A stretch of 64,000 bases of DNA from a virus. The notes under the pieces are model-generated. The model saw only the letters and a program-made list of their open reading frames with translations. It was not told the DNA's origin and made no database searches. Shown here one piece after another: positions 29,601-38,717 of this stretch. Each line of letters starts with the position of its first letter. Position 1 is the stretch's first letter. Both the position numbers and the translations under genes were made by a program. The stretch is from IMG/VR virus record IMGVR_UViG_3300047297_000301, positions 1-64,000 of that record; one strand, 5' to 3'.

Positions 29601-32600
29601 CTTTTAGGCGACGGTACTGGTGCTACGGCAACTATTGTTGTACCACCAGGTAAGAACGTTGCAAGCGCAACTCTTGATACCCTTGGTTCACGTTATACTA
29701 GTGTTAGCGGAGCAGTTGTTGGTGGTGGTGGTACAGGAGCTACAGTTGCTGTAACTCTTAATTTGGGTACTCCAGTTGCTGCTGTACACATGGATAGTCT
29801 AGGAAGTGGTTACACAACTGCTAGTGCTACAATTAATGGTGATGGTACTGGTGCTACTGCAACAGTAACAATTGTTGCTGGAGCAATCACAGATATTAAC
29901 CTAGTAAATTCAGGTACTGGATACACTTACGCAACAGTAATAATTAACGGTAATGGTACTGGTGCGACTGCAACAGTACATACTCGTAAAAGTACAATTT
30001 TTGATTACCAAATTACCAATGTGGGTAGCGATTATACAAGCAATCCTATAGTAACTATTACTGGTGATGGCCACGAAGCTACAGCAACTGCTATAATAAC
30101 TGCTGGTGGTGTAACTGATATTTTAATTACTAATCAAGGTCACGGATATACTTATGCTACTATGACCATTACTGGTGGTGGTGGCACAGGAGCAACAGCC
30201 AATGCAATTCTTAGTGGTTATCCGCTAGGCACTATAACTGTTACAAATCCTGGTAAGAATTATACTAGTCAACCAACGATAGAATTAACTGGTAATCAAT
30301 ACGCTATTGCAGGTTCTGCTTCTGTAACACTAGCTCAAGGTAATACTATTGAAAGTATTACTTTAAATAACACTGGTACAAATTATACGTACGCAACAGT
30401 ACAAGTTAATAGTTCTACAGCAGGCACGGGAGCTAACTTTACAGTTGCTGCCACACCAAGCGGTATTTTAGGTGTTACAGTTACTAATGGTGGGCGTCAC
30501 TATAGTTATGCAAATATTGTTGCAACTGATACTGGTGGGGCTTCTGGATTTACGGCAACTACAACATTGACTCCTGTTCCACAGTATAACAATTATGTTA
30601 ATGTTGGTACAGGATATGACACAAACAATATTCCGGCCGGAAAATTTACTAATACTTACTTTATGGCAGTATCCAGTACTGACCGGGTTGTTAAGATTCC
30701 TAGTTCGTATTTATTTGATACAATACGCGAAGCTTTTCAGTACGCTGAAAAAGAAGTAAAAGAACTACAAACATACGGAATACCTTATACTAATTATAAA
30801 TTTTTAGGTGTGTCAGTTATTAATAGTTCAGGCGAATTGCAAACTATACCTGATACAAATACTGGAAGTGTGCTATACTATGATTTATTAAATAATAGTA
30901 TTAATTCAGCTCCTTTAAATCCTAACGGCGCTAAAGTTGGCAGGTCGTTAACAACAGATGCAACCGGAAATGCTTTAGCATGGTTAGGTGCTACAGAATC
31001 TGCAAAAGTTTATTATGTTGCACCACACGGCCGTGACGCAGTAACTAGTGGTAGTAATATAGCTACTCCGTTTGCAACTATTAAATATGCTTGCCAACGT
31101 GCAGAAGAAGGTTCTACAATTTTTGTTAAAACTGGTACTTATAATGAAAAGTTACCAATTGTTGTTCCACCACATGTAGCTATTGTTGGTGATAATCAGC
31201 GTACAGTAAATATTCAGCCAACTACTGGTTTGAGTGACGATGGCGTTACACCAAATAATCAATCATCAATGTTTTTAATGAGCAACGGCTCAATTATAAA
31301 CAAAGTGACTATGAAAGGTATGACTGGTTGGGTGCCTGGTAGTATTCCTAGTGATATTACTACTTCTACAATTAAAGGTGTAGTAGTTAGGTTGAATCCT
31401 GCTTCTCCTGTGCTTACTAAATCTCCTTATGTTTTGGAATGTTCATTTATTGGTTCAGGTGCTATTGGTGCTTTAATTGATGGTACAGTTCATAACACTG
31501 GTGCTAAAACCATGATTTTCCATGGCTATACTATTATTAATGATAATGGTGTTGGCTACTGGGTTAAAGATGAAGGTAAGTCAGAGATTGTAAGTTGCTT
31601 TACTTATTATAATTATTTTGGTTACATAGCAACCGGTGGCGGATTTATTCGTGCGCTGAATGGCAACAATAGTTATGGTACTTGGGGTGCAACATCGCAA
31701 GGATTTGGAGCATCTGAAACAGCAATAACTGGATCATTGATAGGTAGACAACTTAATTTTGTTTATACTGGTGGTACAATTAATGTAGGCGACACGTGTA
31801 CAAGTAGTGGTGGTGGTACTGGTATTGTTACTAATGTACAGTACAGTGCTAATAAAATATATTTAAAGAATACTACTGGTAACTTTACTTTTGGTAATAG
31901 TTTAACCTTTCCTAATGGAGGTACTGGCACTATCAGTGCAGGTGCATTAGAGGATCAAAAAGGTTTTGTATTAGTATTAAATAATTTAACAGCTGCACCT
32001 ATACCAGGACAAAGTATTCAGCTAGCTGGTGATACGTATGCTTATGTTATACAGAGTACAACAGGAACATACGTAAATAGTGCTAGCGAAGTAGCTGTAA
32101 TTTTAGCACAAGAAAAACCAAGCGGTAGTGCTAGTGGTACCGTAGCTACTTTACGCAGCAAGTACTCGCAAATTCGTTTAACTGGTCACGACTTCTTGTC
32201 AATTGGTACAGGTGGTATTACTACTACAAATTATCCAGGTACGCCAATACAAGCGGCTGCTCAAGGTAATGAAACAAATGAAGTTTTTCCAGGACGTGTC
32301 TATTACGTAAGTACAGACCAAGACGGTAACTTCCGTGTTGGTGAATATTTCCGTATTGATCAAGCAACTGGACGTGCTACTTTAAATGCTAACGCATTTG
32401 ACTTAAGTGGTTTGACTAGTTTGAAGTTGGGTTCGATTGGCGCACAGCTGGGCGAAACTATTAATGAGTTCTCCAGCGATATTACTTTAAGTGGTAACTC
32501 AAATACTGCTGTTCCAACAGAGTATGCAGTTAAAAATTATGTTGATAATAATAATGAAATATACTTATCTAACACAATTAGTTTTGATAAATCATTACCG

Positions 32601-32720
32601 CCTAACAAGTTAGCGTTTAGTATGGGTTCACTTACATTAAGTGGTACGACTACGTATACGATACAAGATGGTGCTTACCATACGATTATGAATCCTACTG
32701 GATTTGCACTTTCAAAATAA
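26691..32720 (+). CDS. Giant repeat-rich virion structural/fibre protein (2009 aa)
   Basis: 9 x ~50-aa aromatic repeats (CBM5/12-like); 10 x ~38-aa I..TN.G.GYT...G.GTGATA repeats; VYYVAPHGRD...PFATIKYA beta-helix-like region; STDQDGNFRVG; INEFSSD...AVPTEYAVKNYVD. Confidence 0.8.
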   Translation: MSQLIDLGKLRFHFAGQWSNATTYESNDIVKYGGNVYVYTFALKTAGVLPTDTAYWALMVEGFNFTGIFSTSGNYKIGDGVAHGGVVYVAVKDSVNITPPNATYWSRFLDGIQYEGTYSPTTSYQKNDVVKYGGSIFVAKQDGTNNLPTNTVYWDKFVEGVSPSGIYNEATAYKPNDLVAYGANIYRAKVETTNNAPSNTGFWELYVGGIKFNGNFNAVTEYYVNDIVVYGNNIYRSKLTQSNTLPTVAANWELLTAGNSYKGTYVNATGYFQGDIVSYGGNVYIALGVTTGNLPTDATKWQVYSSGFSYQGNWSSATSYKINEVIGYGGSLYRAKSDNQNVNPTVTATWDKIVAGFKVSGPWSTTTQYATDEVVTYGGNTYISILPHASTVFATDLAANKWQKFNSGIRWMGPWNSTTQYYKDDVVKAGASSFIANVDSLGGSNPAGGTNTDWSSFATGAEGFLSKDGDAMLGMLTLFAAPTDPLHAATKAYADLFLSRTAGGTVTGPIVASGVTATYTAQNGATVNINAGSLNLTNGSTITTDGSSTLGNTRVSGTLDVDGDLNVDGGDLTVSGTTFNLANTTVTTVNLAGAATTVNVGATTGTTTVKNNLTIDGDVQVKGGDLTTNQTTFNLLNNTATTVNIAGAATTVEIGAATGTTNINNNVVIDGVLDVISGSTVTNTTVDPTGFDNQHPDTRGVVEFSDNGTRVYSIDKNGDVTVREDGKFATGTAYQTNAIAKTLAIYPVVGQTKFVYWISGVRYEKTTLVTSTASNINGYNYFYFSGASLTNGTTRNDEILTTKANVAAVRGTSQNNRSISVEDQRHGISIDGATLAYIKRAEGIKLVSGHGVTPGTVGTGTYTNTKAGELRDADLTITSPVKTGNKFLVRDVNDWKLADNNDNLLSYKLGVLSAVTVTAQGSGYSGLSTSLSVQGDGEGATVTPILAGAALQSITLNNGGYNYANNSTVTLLGDGTGATATIVVPPGKNVASATLDTLGSRYTSVSGAVVGGGGTGATVAVTLNLGTPVAAVHMDSLGSGYTTASATINGDGTGATATVTIVAGAITDINLVNSGTGYTYATVIINGNGTGATATVHTRKSTIFDYQITNVGSDYTSNPIVTITGDGHEATATAIITAGGVTDILITNQGHGYTYATMTITGGGGTGATANAILSGYPLGTITVTNPGKNYTSQPTIELTGNQYAIAGSASVTLAQGNTIESITLNNTGTNYTYATVQVNSSTAGTGANFTVAATPSGILGVTVTNGGRHYSYANIVATDTGGASGFTATTTLTPVPQYNNYVNVGTGYDTNNIPAGKFTNTYFMAVSSTDRVVKIPSSYLFDTIREAFQYAEKEVKELQTYGIPYTNYKFLGVSVINSSGELQTIPDTNTGSVLYYDLLNNSINSAPLNPNGAKVGRSLTTDATGNALAWLGATESAKVYYVAPHGRDAVTSGSNIATPFATIKYACQRAEEGSTIFVKTGTYNEKLPIVVPPHVAIVGDNQRTVNIQPTTGLSDDGVTPNNQSSMFLMSNGSIINKVTMKGMTGWVPGSIPSDITTSTIKGVVVRLNPASPVLTKSPYVLECSFIGSGAIGALIDGTVHNTGAKTMIFHGYTIINDNGVGYWVKDEGKSEIVSCFTYYNYFGYIATGGGFIRALNGNNSYGTWGATSQGFGASETAITGSLIGRQLNFVYTGGTINVGDTCTSSGGGTGIVTNVQYSANKIYLKNTTGNFTFGNSLTFPNGGTGTISAGALEDQKGFVLVLNNLTAAPIPGQSIQLAGDTYAYVIQSTTGTYVNSASEVAVILAQEKPSGSASGTVATLRSKYSQIRLTGHDFLSIGTGGITTTNYPGTPIQAAAQGNETNEVFPGRVYYVSTDQDGNFRVGEYFRIDQATGRATLNANAFDLSGLTSLKLGSIGAQLGETINEFSSDITLSGNSNTAVPTEYAVKNYVDNNNEIYLSNTISFDKSLPPNKLAFSMGSLTLSGTTTYTIQDGAYHTIMNPTGFALSK

Positions 32721-32732
32721 GGATAATATTAA

Positions 32733-33704
32733 ATGTCAAAACTTGTAGTAGATACAATTCAAAGACCAGGGGGAGCGGCAGTGTCGTTCCCCGTTGCTGA
32801 CGGCACAGCAGGTCAATTTTTAAAAACAGATGCCGCAGGTAACCTAACATTCAGTAATAGTTACAGTTTTCCAAGCGTACCTTTACCAATAATTGCCCAA
32901 GAAGCTAAAGGTATAGTTGGTTCTGTATCCAGTTATACTGATCGTGCTAATACTTATAGTTCGCCCTCATGGTCCTCATCGGGGCCTAGTGGCAGTACTT
33001 ATACAAATTATACTGCTCATGATGACCCTAGTTTAATACAATTTATTAATATGGCATTAGGTGACGGAGTACCCCAAGGTACTACCGAGTGGTTTATAGG
33101 TGATGACGATCGTGGTAGCGGTTCTAGAACTTTAATGTTTGCTAATGGTGACCGTTTAGGGTATAAACGAGATAGATTACAGTGGTCAAATAGTACAGGT
33201 AACGCGGGACATACTTTTAGAATTATGCCTATTCGTAATAATTCAGCATCAGCTATAAGCGTTCCTTTTTATGCAAGAATGAGTGACTATTATTCTTCTG
33301 GATATGAAGGCTGTTGCATGTTTGTATTAACGCCAAATACTAGTACATATAGTACTGTGACTACAGTATCTTCTACTCGACTTGCTTATTCGCAAAGTAG
33401 TGGTGATACAAACGGCCCTCAAGCTTTTAGTGGTACTCATAGTATTCCTGCTAATACTACAGTATTAGTATGTTTAGCAAGTACTAATTCATATCAAACT
33501 ACTTATAGATTTAAAGATACAAATTATTTTTATTATTTAAATACTAGCTATACTTTTGCTGATGCAAATATTGTGTGTGATATGCGGATGTTAAGCTCAT
33601 TATACACAAGTAACTTTAACCTGCCTAATTCAGGAACCTGTAATGGCACCGGTATTTTAGCACCTCTTTGGACTAAAACTGCCACTAATTTTGGAGATAG
33701 ATAA
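32733..33704 (+). CDS. Fibre-associated protein, paralog 1 of 3
   Basis: MSKLVVDTIQ...DGTAGQFLKTDAAGNLTF N-terminus; shares a ~260-aa domain with 34112 and 35393. Confidence 0.75.
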   Translation: MSKLVVDTIQRPGGAAVSFPVADGTAGQFLKTDAAGNLTFSNSYSFPSVPLPIIAQEAKGIVGSVSSYTDRANTYSSPSWSSSGPSGSTYTNYTAHDDPSLIQFINMALGDGVPQGTTEWFIGDDDRGSGSRTLMFANGDRLGYKRDRLQWSNSTGNAGHTFRIMPIRNNSASAISVPFYARMSDYYSSGYEGCCMFVLTPNTSTYSTVTTVSSTRLAYSQSSGDTNGPQAFSGTHSIPANTTVLVCLASTNSYQTTYRFKDTNYFYYLNTSYTFADANIVCDMRMLSSLYTSNFNLPNSGTCNGTGILAPLWTKTATNFGDR

Positions 33705-33705
33705 A

Positions 33706-34098
33706 ATGTTTGTAAAATTCAATGAACAAAATATGGCAAAAGAAGTTTTGGGACTATTGCCACCTGGAGAAAATCCAGCAGACTGGACAGTTTGCAGCGA
33801 TGAACTAATGTCTGCTCGTCGTATTATTAAAGATGGTGCTACTGTACGTGCTGCAACAGATGCTGAATGTGATGCTGAATTAGCTACACTTCGCGTTGCG
33901 GCTGCTGCAAATAAAATGCGTTGGGAACGTGACCAAGCCTTAGCACTTTCGGATAGTTTAGTACTACCAGATCGTTTTGCCAAATTTACTGCTGCTCAAC
34001 AAGCTAGTATTACTACTTATAGAGAAGCTTTGCGTAATCTTCCAAATCAAACAGGGTTTCCACTTGAGGTTACAATTCCTGCTGCACCAGTACTATAA
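33706..34098 (+). CDS. Tail fibre assembly chaperone-like protein
   Basis: R.ERDQAL..SD...YREALRNLPNQTGFP.....P..P motif. Confidence 0.75.
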   Translation: MFVKFNEQNMAKEVLGLLPPGENPADWTVCSDELMSARRIIKDGATVRAATDAECDAELATLRVAAAANKMRWERDQALALSDSLVLPDRFAKFTAAQQASITTYREALRNLPNQTGFPLEVTIPAAPVL

Positions 34099-34111
34099 TA
34101 GGAGTTAAAAC

Positions 34112-35392
34112 ATGTCAAAGATTATAGTAGACCAAATACAAAAACTAACAGTGCCTAGTAGTCCTAGTGTGCTTGCGGTTACTAATTCGGGTTCAGGCTC
34201 TTATACTATTAATACAGCAACTAACCCAACACTAACCTTAGTTAGAGGTTCTACTTATACCTTTAACGTGAATGCCGTTGGACACCCTTTTCATATACAA
34301 ACAGTAAACAGTGCTTACAGCTCTGGAGACGTGTATACTAGCGGGGTAACAAATCCAGGAGCATCTTCAGGTACTATAACTTTTACAGTACCTAACGGTG
34401 CCCCGAATACTTTATATTATGTTTGCCAATTTCACTCAGCAATGCGTGGAACAATTAACATAATTGATAATACTGCGGCAGCTTTTAATATTCCTGCAAC
34501 AGATGGAACTATTGGTCAGTATATGACAACTGATGGTAGTCGGAATCTGGGTTGGTCTACTATGGATTATACAGGCCCCCAATCTCTAACAGCAATACCT
34601 ATGCAAGAAGGTAAAGGTATTATAGGCAGTATTGTTACTCATAGCGATCGTCAAAATACATATTCTAGTGAAGAGTGGACAACTGGTCCTTGGACTACTT
34701 TTTATAACTATGCTATTAGCTCAGATAACCATGCTATTCAATTCTGGAATATGGTTTTAGGGGATGGTTTTGCTAATAGGACTGATACTACTACCCAACG
34801 TATGATGGGTAGTGATTCAGAACATCAATTTGCAAGAACATTACAGTTTGCCGCAGGTAGACGCCTTGGTTATGCCAGGGATTTCTTTCACTATGATAAT
34901 GCTACTGGCTATGCTGGTCATAGCTGGAGAGTTATGCCAGTACGTAATACTACCGCATCACCAATTACAATTACTATTAGTGGACGAGCTAGTGATTATA
35001 CTGAAAACGGGCATGAGGGTGCTTGTATAGCAGTTTTTGAACCTAATACTACTAAGTATAGTACAGTAACAGCCGTTACAGGGACTCAGGTTGCGTACAG
35101 TACTACCAGTAGTCAAAGTTTAAATCTAACTGGCAGTTATACTATACCAGCAGGTAAAACTGTGTTAGTATGCTTAACTAGTACTGATCATTATATGACT
35201 ACATATAGATTCCGTGACACAAATTTCTTTTATAACCTAGAAACAATCTTTCCTACAGGCGTTATTTGTGATTTACGTATGTTGCATAATTTACATAGTA
35301 GTAGATTTGTAGATTTAGCTTATACAGGTAGTTTTACACCACAAATTTCAGCTATTTGGAAACAATGTGCAGTTAACTATGGAGACAGATAA
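34112..35392 (+). CDS. Fibre-associated protein, paralog 2 of 3, with cupredoxin-like insert
   Basis: Shared domain plus insert NPTLTLVRGSTYTF...GHPF...LYYVCQFHSAMRG. Confidence 0.75.
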   Translation: MSKIIVDQIQKLTVPSSPSVLAVTNSGSGSYTINTATNPTLTLVRGSTYTFNVNAVGHPFHIQTVNSAYSSGDVYTSGVTNPGASSGTITFTVPNGAPNTLYYVCQFHSAMRGTINIIDNTAAAFNIPATDGTIGQYMTTDGSRNLGWSTMDYTGPQSLTAIPMQEGKGIIGSIVTHSDRQNTYSSEEWTTGPWTTFYNYAISSDNHAIQFWNMVLGDGFANRTDTTTQRMMGSDSEHQFARTLQFAAGRRLGYARDFFHYDNATGYAGHSWRVMPVRNTTASPITITISGRASDYTENGHEGACIAVFEPNTTKYSTVTAVTGTQVAYSTTSSQSLNLTGSYTIPAGKTVLVCLTSTDHYMTTYRFRDTNFFYNLETIFPTGVICDLRMLHNLHSSRFVDLAYTGSFTPQISAIWKQCAVNYGDR

Positions 35393-36352
35393 ATGTCAAG
35401 AATTTTTGCTGATCAAATACAAAAACCTAGTGGAACTGCATTTAGTTTACCAATAGGTAACGGAGCCCTCAATCAATTTATTCAAACTGATGGGCAAGGA
35501 AACTTGTCTTTTGAAAATCCTGTAATTTATCAACCAGGAGAAACTTACTTAGTTGCTCCTGAAAGTGCTTATAACGTCGGTACAGTATCTTCGCATACTG
35601 ACCGTCAAAATATTTATTCAACAGGTGAATGGGGCTCAAGTAGTTCTTGGACTACTTATACAAATTATTCAGTACACACTGATAATACTGCTATTCAATT
35701 TTGGAATATGTTAATGGGCGACGGGTATAGTAACGCTAGTGCTACCACTGAGCGTATGCAAGGAGCTGACTCAGAAAATGAGTTACCCCGTAGATTACAA
35801 TTTGCAAGCGGTAATCGTGTAGGGTATATGCGCGACGTATTTCACTATGATAATAGTCAAGGCGAACCAGGACATACTCTTAGATGTCTGCCCATTCGTA
35901 ATACTAATTCAGGTAGTGTTTCGGTAAGTGTAAGTGGTGTTGTATCTAATTATTGGAGTAGTGGCCAAGAGGGTGCTCAAATAGCTTACTTTACTCCTAA
36001 TGCTGGTAAATATAGTACAGTTACTGCTGTAACTGGAACAAGTGTGGCTAACTTAACTAGTAATAATATTAGAGCAAAAGAACTAACAGGATCAGTAACT
36101 ATTCCTGGAAATACAACCGTACTAGTTACCTTAACTAGTACTGACTGGTATGAAACTACGTATCGATTTAAAGACTGCAACTATTTTTATAAGTTACACG
36201 AAACTTTTACGGGAACTAATGGAGTAATTTGTGATATGCGTATGTTATCACATTTAGCTCGCGGAAGACCTTATTTACCATATACAGGAAGTTTAGCTAC
36301 TGCTTTAGCTCCATTATGGACAACTTGCGCAACGCAGTATGGAGATAGATAA
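35393..36352 (+). CDS. Fibre-associated protein, paralog 3 of 3
   Basis: HTDRQNIYS; IQFWNMLMGDG; TTYRFKD.NYFY; CDMRML; ends YGDR. Confidence 0.75.
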   Translation: MSRIFADQIQKPSGTAFSLPIGNGALNQFIQTDGQGNLSFENPVIYQPGETYLVAPESAYNVGTVSSHTDRQNIYSTGEWGSSSSWTTYTNYSVHTDNTAIQFWNMLMGDGYSNASATTERMQGADSENELPRRLQFASGNRVGYMRDVFHYDNSQGEPGHTLRCLPIRNTNSGSVSVSVSGVVSNYWSSGQEGAQIAYFTPNAGKYSTVTAVTGTSVANLTSNNIRAKELTGSVTIPGNTTVLVTLTSTDWYETTYRFKDCNYFYKLHETFTGTNGVICDMRMLSHLARGRPYLPYTGSLATALAPLWTTCATQYGDR

Positions 36353-36729
36353 TGAGTGCAAATATAATTGAAAACTTAACAGTATGTGAAATAAAGGAGA
36401 TCATTAGTACTCCTACATTTCAAACAAATACTTTTTCACTAACAGATTCTTGTACTTTTTACATAACTAGTAATCCTGGTAGTACTGTAAATCTAACTAA
36501 TGTTAGCTTAACTTCAAATGGTGTAATAACAGTTACTTTTATTAGCCCTAATGGAAGTATGGTAATACCTAGTACACTAACTGTTAACGGTACTGGAGTA
36601 AGTATTAAATGGCAAGGCGGCACCGCTCCTAGCCAAAGCAGTAATCAAATTCAACTAGTAGTATTTTCTATAATTACTTTGAATAATGCTGTAGCACATG
36701 TAATTGGTGCAAAATCAAACTATAATTAA
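36352..36729 (+). CDS. Fibre adaptor-like beta protein
   Basis: IKWQGGTAPS...VVFS motif; TAATG coupling. Confidence 0.55.
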   Translation: MSANIIENLTVCEIKEIISTPTFQTNTFSLTDSCTFYITSNPGSTVNLTNVSLTSNGVITVTFISPNGSMVIPSTLTVNGTGVSIKWQGGTAPSQSSNQIQLVVFSIITLNNAVAHVIGAKSNYN

Positions 36730-36737
36730 GGTATAAC

Positions 36738-37673
36738 ATGACAATTCTAAACAGAGTTTCTTCTGGAGTTATACTAAGCTCTGCTGCTGGAGGGGCTGCT
36801 GCTGCTGAAGTAGTAGCAGCCCCTGGACAAGCCTTGTTTGGCACTAATGTTGGTCCTGGTACTTATAGCTGGACGGTTCCCGCTAATGTTAAAACAATTA
36901 GCGCAGTGGCCGTAGGCGGTGGAGGCGGTGGTCCATATATTTGGGACAATGGCGGTGGCGGTGGAGGGGGCTTAGGGTGGAAAAATAGTATTCCAGTTCA
37001 ACCTGGTCAATCAATTACCGTTGAAGTAGGTAGTGGAGGCGGCTGGTGGAGTTTTGGGGCTAGTCCAGGTACCTTAAGTTATGTACTAAGTAGTTCTGTC
37101 GTACGAGGCGGTCCTGGTCAGCCAGGGCGTAGCGGTGCAGGTGGTAGCTACACAGGCGATGGTGGTGGCAATGGCGGTGCTGGAGGCAACTTTGGTGGAG
37201 ACAATAGCGGTGGCGGCGCTGGTGGTTACACTGCTCAAGGCGGTAATTACAACCAACCTAGTTTTGGTTGGGGCGGCGGTGGTGGTGGTTATTACTCAAG
37301 TTTTGGTGGTACAGCTGCAGGCGGAGGCGTTGGTTTACGTGGCACTCAAGTACTTCCTAATGGATTCGGCAGTGCTACTGTTTATTGTTATAGCCCTTGG
37401 CAAGGATACAATACTACTTTTAGCTTTGGTGCTGGTGGTGGTGGTGGTGCTGGTGGTGGAGGCAATGGTGACTATGGTCAAACACCCTGGACTAGTTTTG
37501 GACCATGGAATGGTATTAGTGCCAAAGGCGGTACTTATGGTGGTGGCGGAGGTGGTAGTGGTACTCACGGATTTAATGGTTATACTGGCGGCCCAGGTGC
37601 TCAAGGCGGTTGCCGTATTATTTGGGGCAAAGGCAGAGAATTTCCAGGTACCTTAACAGACGATGTATTATAA
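36738..37673 (+). CDS. Glycine-rich adhesin-like protein
   Basis: GTYSWTVPANV..ISAVAVGGGGGG...GGGGGGLGWKN.IPVQPG...GAQGGCRIIWG. Confidence 0.75.
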   Translation: MTILNRVSSGVILSSAAGGAAAAEVVAAPGQALFGTNVGPGTYSWTVPANVKTISAVAVGGGGGGPYIWDNGGGGGGGLGWKNSIPVQPGQSITVEVGSGGGWWSFGASPGTLSYVLSSSVVRGGPGQPGRSGAGGSYTGDGGGNGGAGGNFGGDNSGGGAGGYTAQGGNYNQPSFGWGGGGGGYYSSFGGTAAGGGVGLRGTQVLPNGFGSATVYCYSPWQGYNTTFSFGAGGGGGAGGGGNGDYGQTPWTSFGPWNGISAKGGTYGGGGGGSGTHGFNGYTGGPGAQGGCRIIWGKGREFPGTLTDDVL

Positions 37674-37693
37674 CATTGGTTAACTAATAAAAT

Positions 37694-38179
37694 ATGAAAT
37701 TATATATAAAAATAGACGGACAAGGTGGCACTATAGATCACCCTATGCAATTTGATTCTGCGCAAGTTACTATAAGTTTTCTATTAAACAAAGAAGCTGA
37801 ATCAGTTAGCGAACAAGAAATATTAGCAAATGGTTTTGCAATTTTTGAAAATTTTCAAGTTGGTATTGCTGAGCAGATTATATCTGATAATGGGTATAAA
37901 CAATTACCAAACGGTAATTGGACTAGAAATTATGTGCTAAAAGAATTAACTCAGGAAGAAAAATTAGATAAATGGATACGCGGACGCAGAGACAAAATGC
38001 TTTTTATGAGTGATTGGTCACAGTTAACAGATAATGAATTAACTGATGCAGAACGTGCAAAATGGTTAGAGCACAGGCGGTATTTAAGAAAAATGCCAGA
38101 AATATATGCAAATATAACACATCCTGAAGAAGCTGTGTGGCCCGAACCTCCATTGCGAAAACCGTTACCCAAAGTTTAA
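37694..38179 (+). CDS. Tail fibre assembly chaperone-like protein
   Basis: IRGRRDKML..SDWSQL.D......W..HR..LR.MP.......WP.PP. Confidence 0.75.
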   Translation: MKLYIKIDGQGGTIDHPMQFDSAQVTISFLLNKEAESVSEQEILANGFAIFENFQVGIAEQIISDNGYKQLPNGNWTRNYVLKELTQEEKLDKWIRGRRDKMLFMSDWSQLTDNELTDAERAKWLEHRRYLRKMPEIYANITHPEEAVWPEPPLRKPLPKV

Positions 38180-38180
38180 A

Positions 38181-38717
38181 ATGACTACATTAAAAGAGTT
38201 AACTCATGAAATTCATGAACAAGCAGAATTCCATCCATTTACTAAACTAGTTTTATCAAAAAATATTACTAATCAGATATACGGGGATTTTTTATATAAT
38301 CAGCACGCAGTATACCATACACTGGAAACAGTAGCTGGTATACGTGGATTATTAACAGACTTGCCAGGATTATGTCGAGCTGACTTAATACGTGAAGATT
38401 TAGACGACCTAAGTATAACAACCGTCAAACTATATACTAGCACTCACAAGTATACTCACTATGTGGCATGCAATCTAACAGATGATCAATTACTAGCGCA
38501 CCTATACGTACGACATATGGGCGATATGTATGGCGGTCAAATGATTAAAAAATGTGTTCCTGGCAATGGCCGTATGTATAAGTTTGAAAATCGCAAAGAA
38601 TTAATTCAAGCTTTGCGAAACAAATTAGATACCTCAATGGCTTCTGAAGCCATTCATTGTTTTGGTTATGCTATTCAACTATTTACAGAGTTAGCCAATG
38701 AGCACAATATTCAGTAA
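38181..38717 (+). CDS. hemO: Heme oxygenase (biliverdin-producing)
   Basis: LKELT...HEQAE (proximal His) and AHLYVRHMGDMYGGQMI signature. Confidence 0.92.
   Translation: MTTLKELTHEIHEQAEFHPFTKLVLSKNITNQIYGDFLYNQHAVYHTLETVAGIRGLLTDLPGLCRADLIREDLDDLSITTVKLYTSTHKYTHYVACNLTDDQLLAHLYVRHMGDMYGGQMIKKCVPGNGRMYKFENRKELIQALRNKLDTSMASEAIHCFGYAIQLFTELANEHNIQ

Noticed and set aside
32733-36352. Paralog trio as diversity-generating retroelement or shufflon
   Set aside because: Copies diverge at all base types; no reverse transcriptase, invertase or inverted crossover sites seen.
37135-37656. 173-aa Val-rich + strand ORF
   Set aside because: Alternative-frame shadow of GGT/GGC repeats in the Gly-rich gene; no SD or protein-like pattern.
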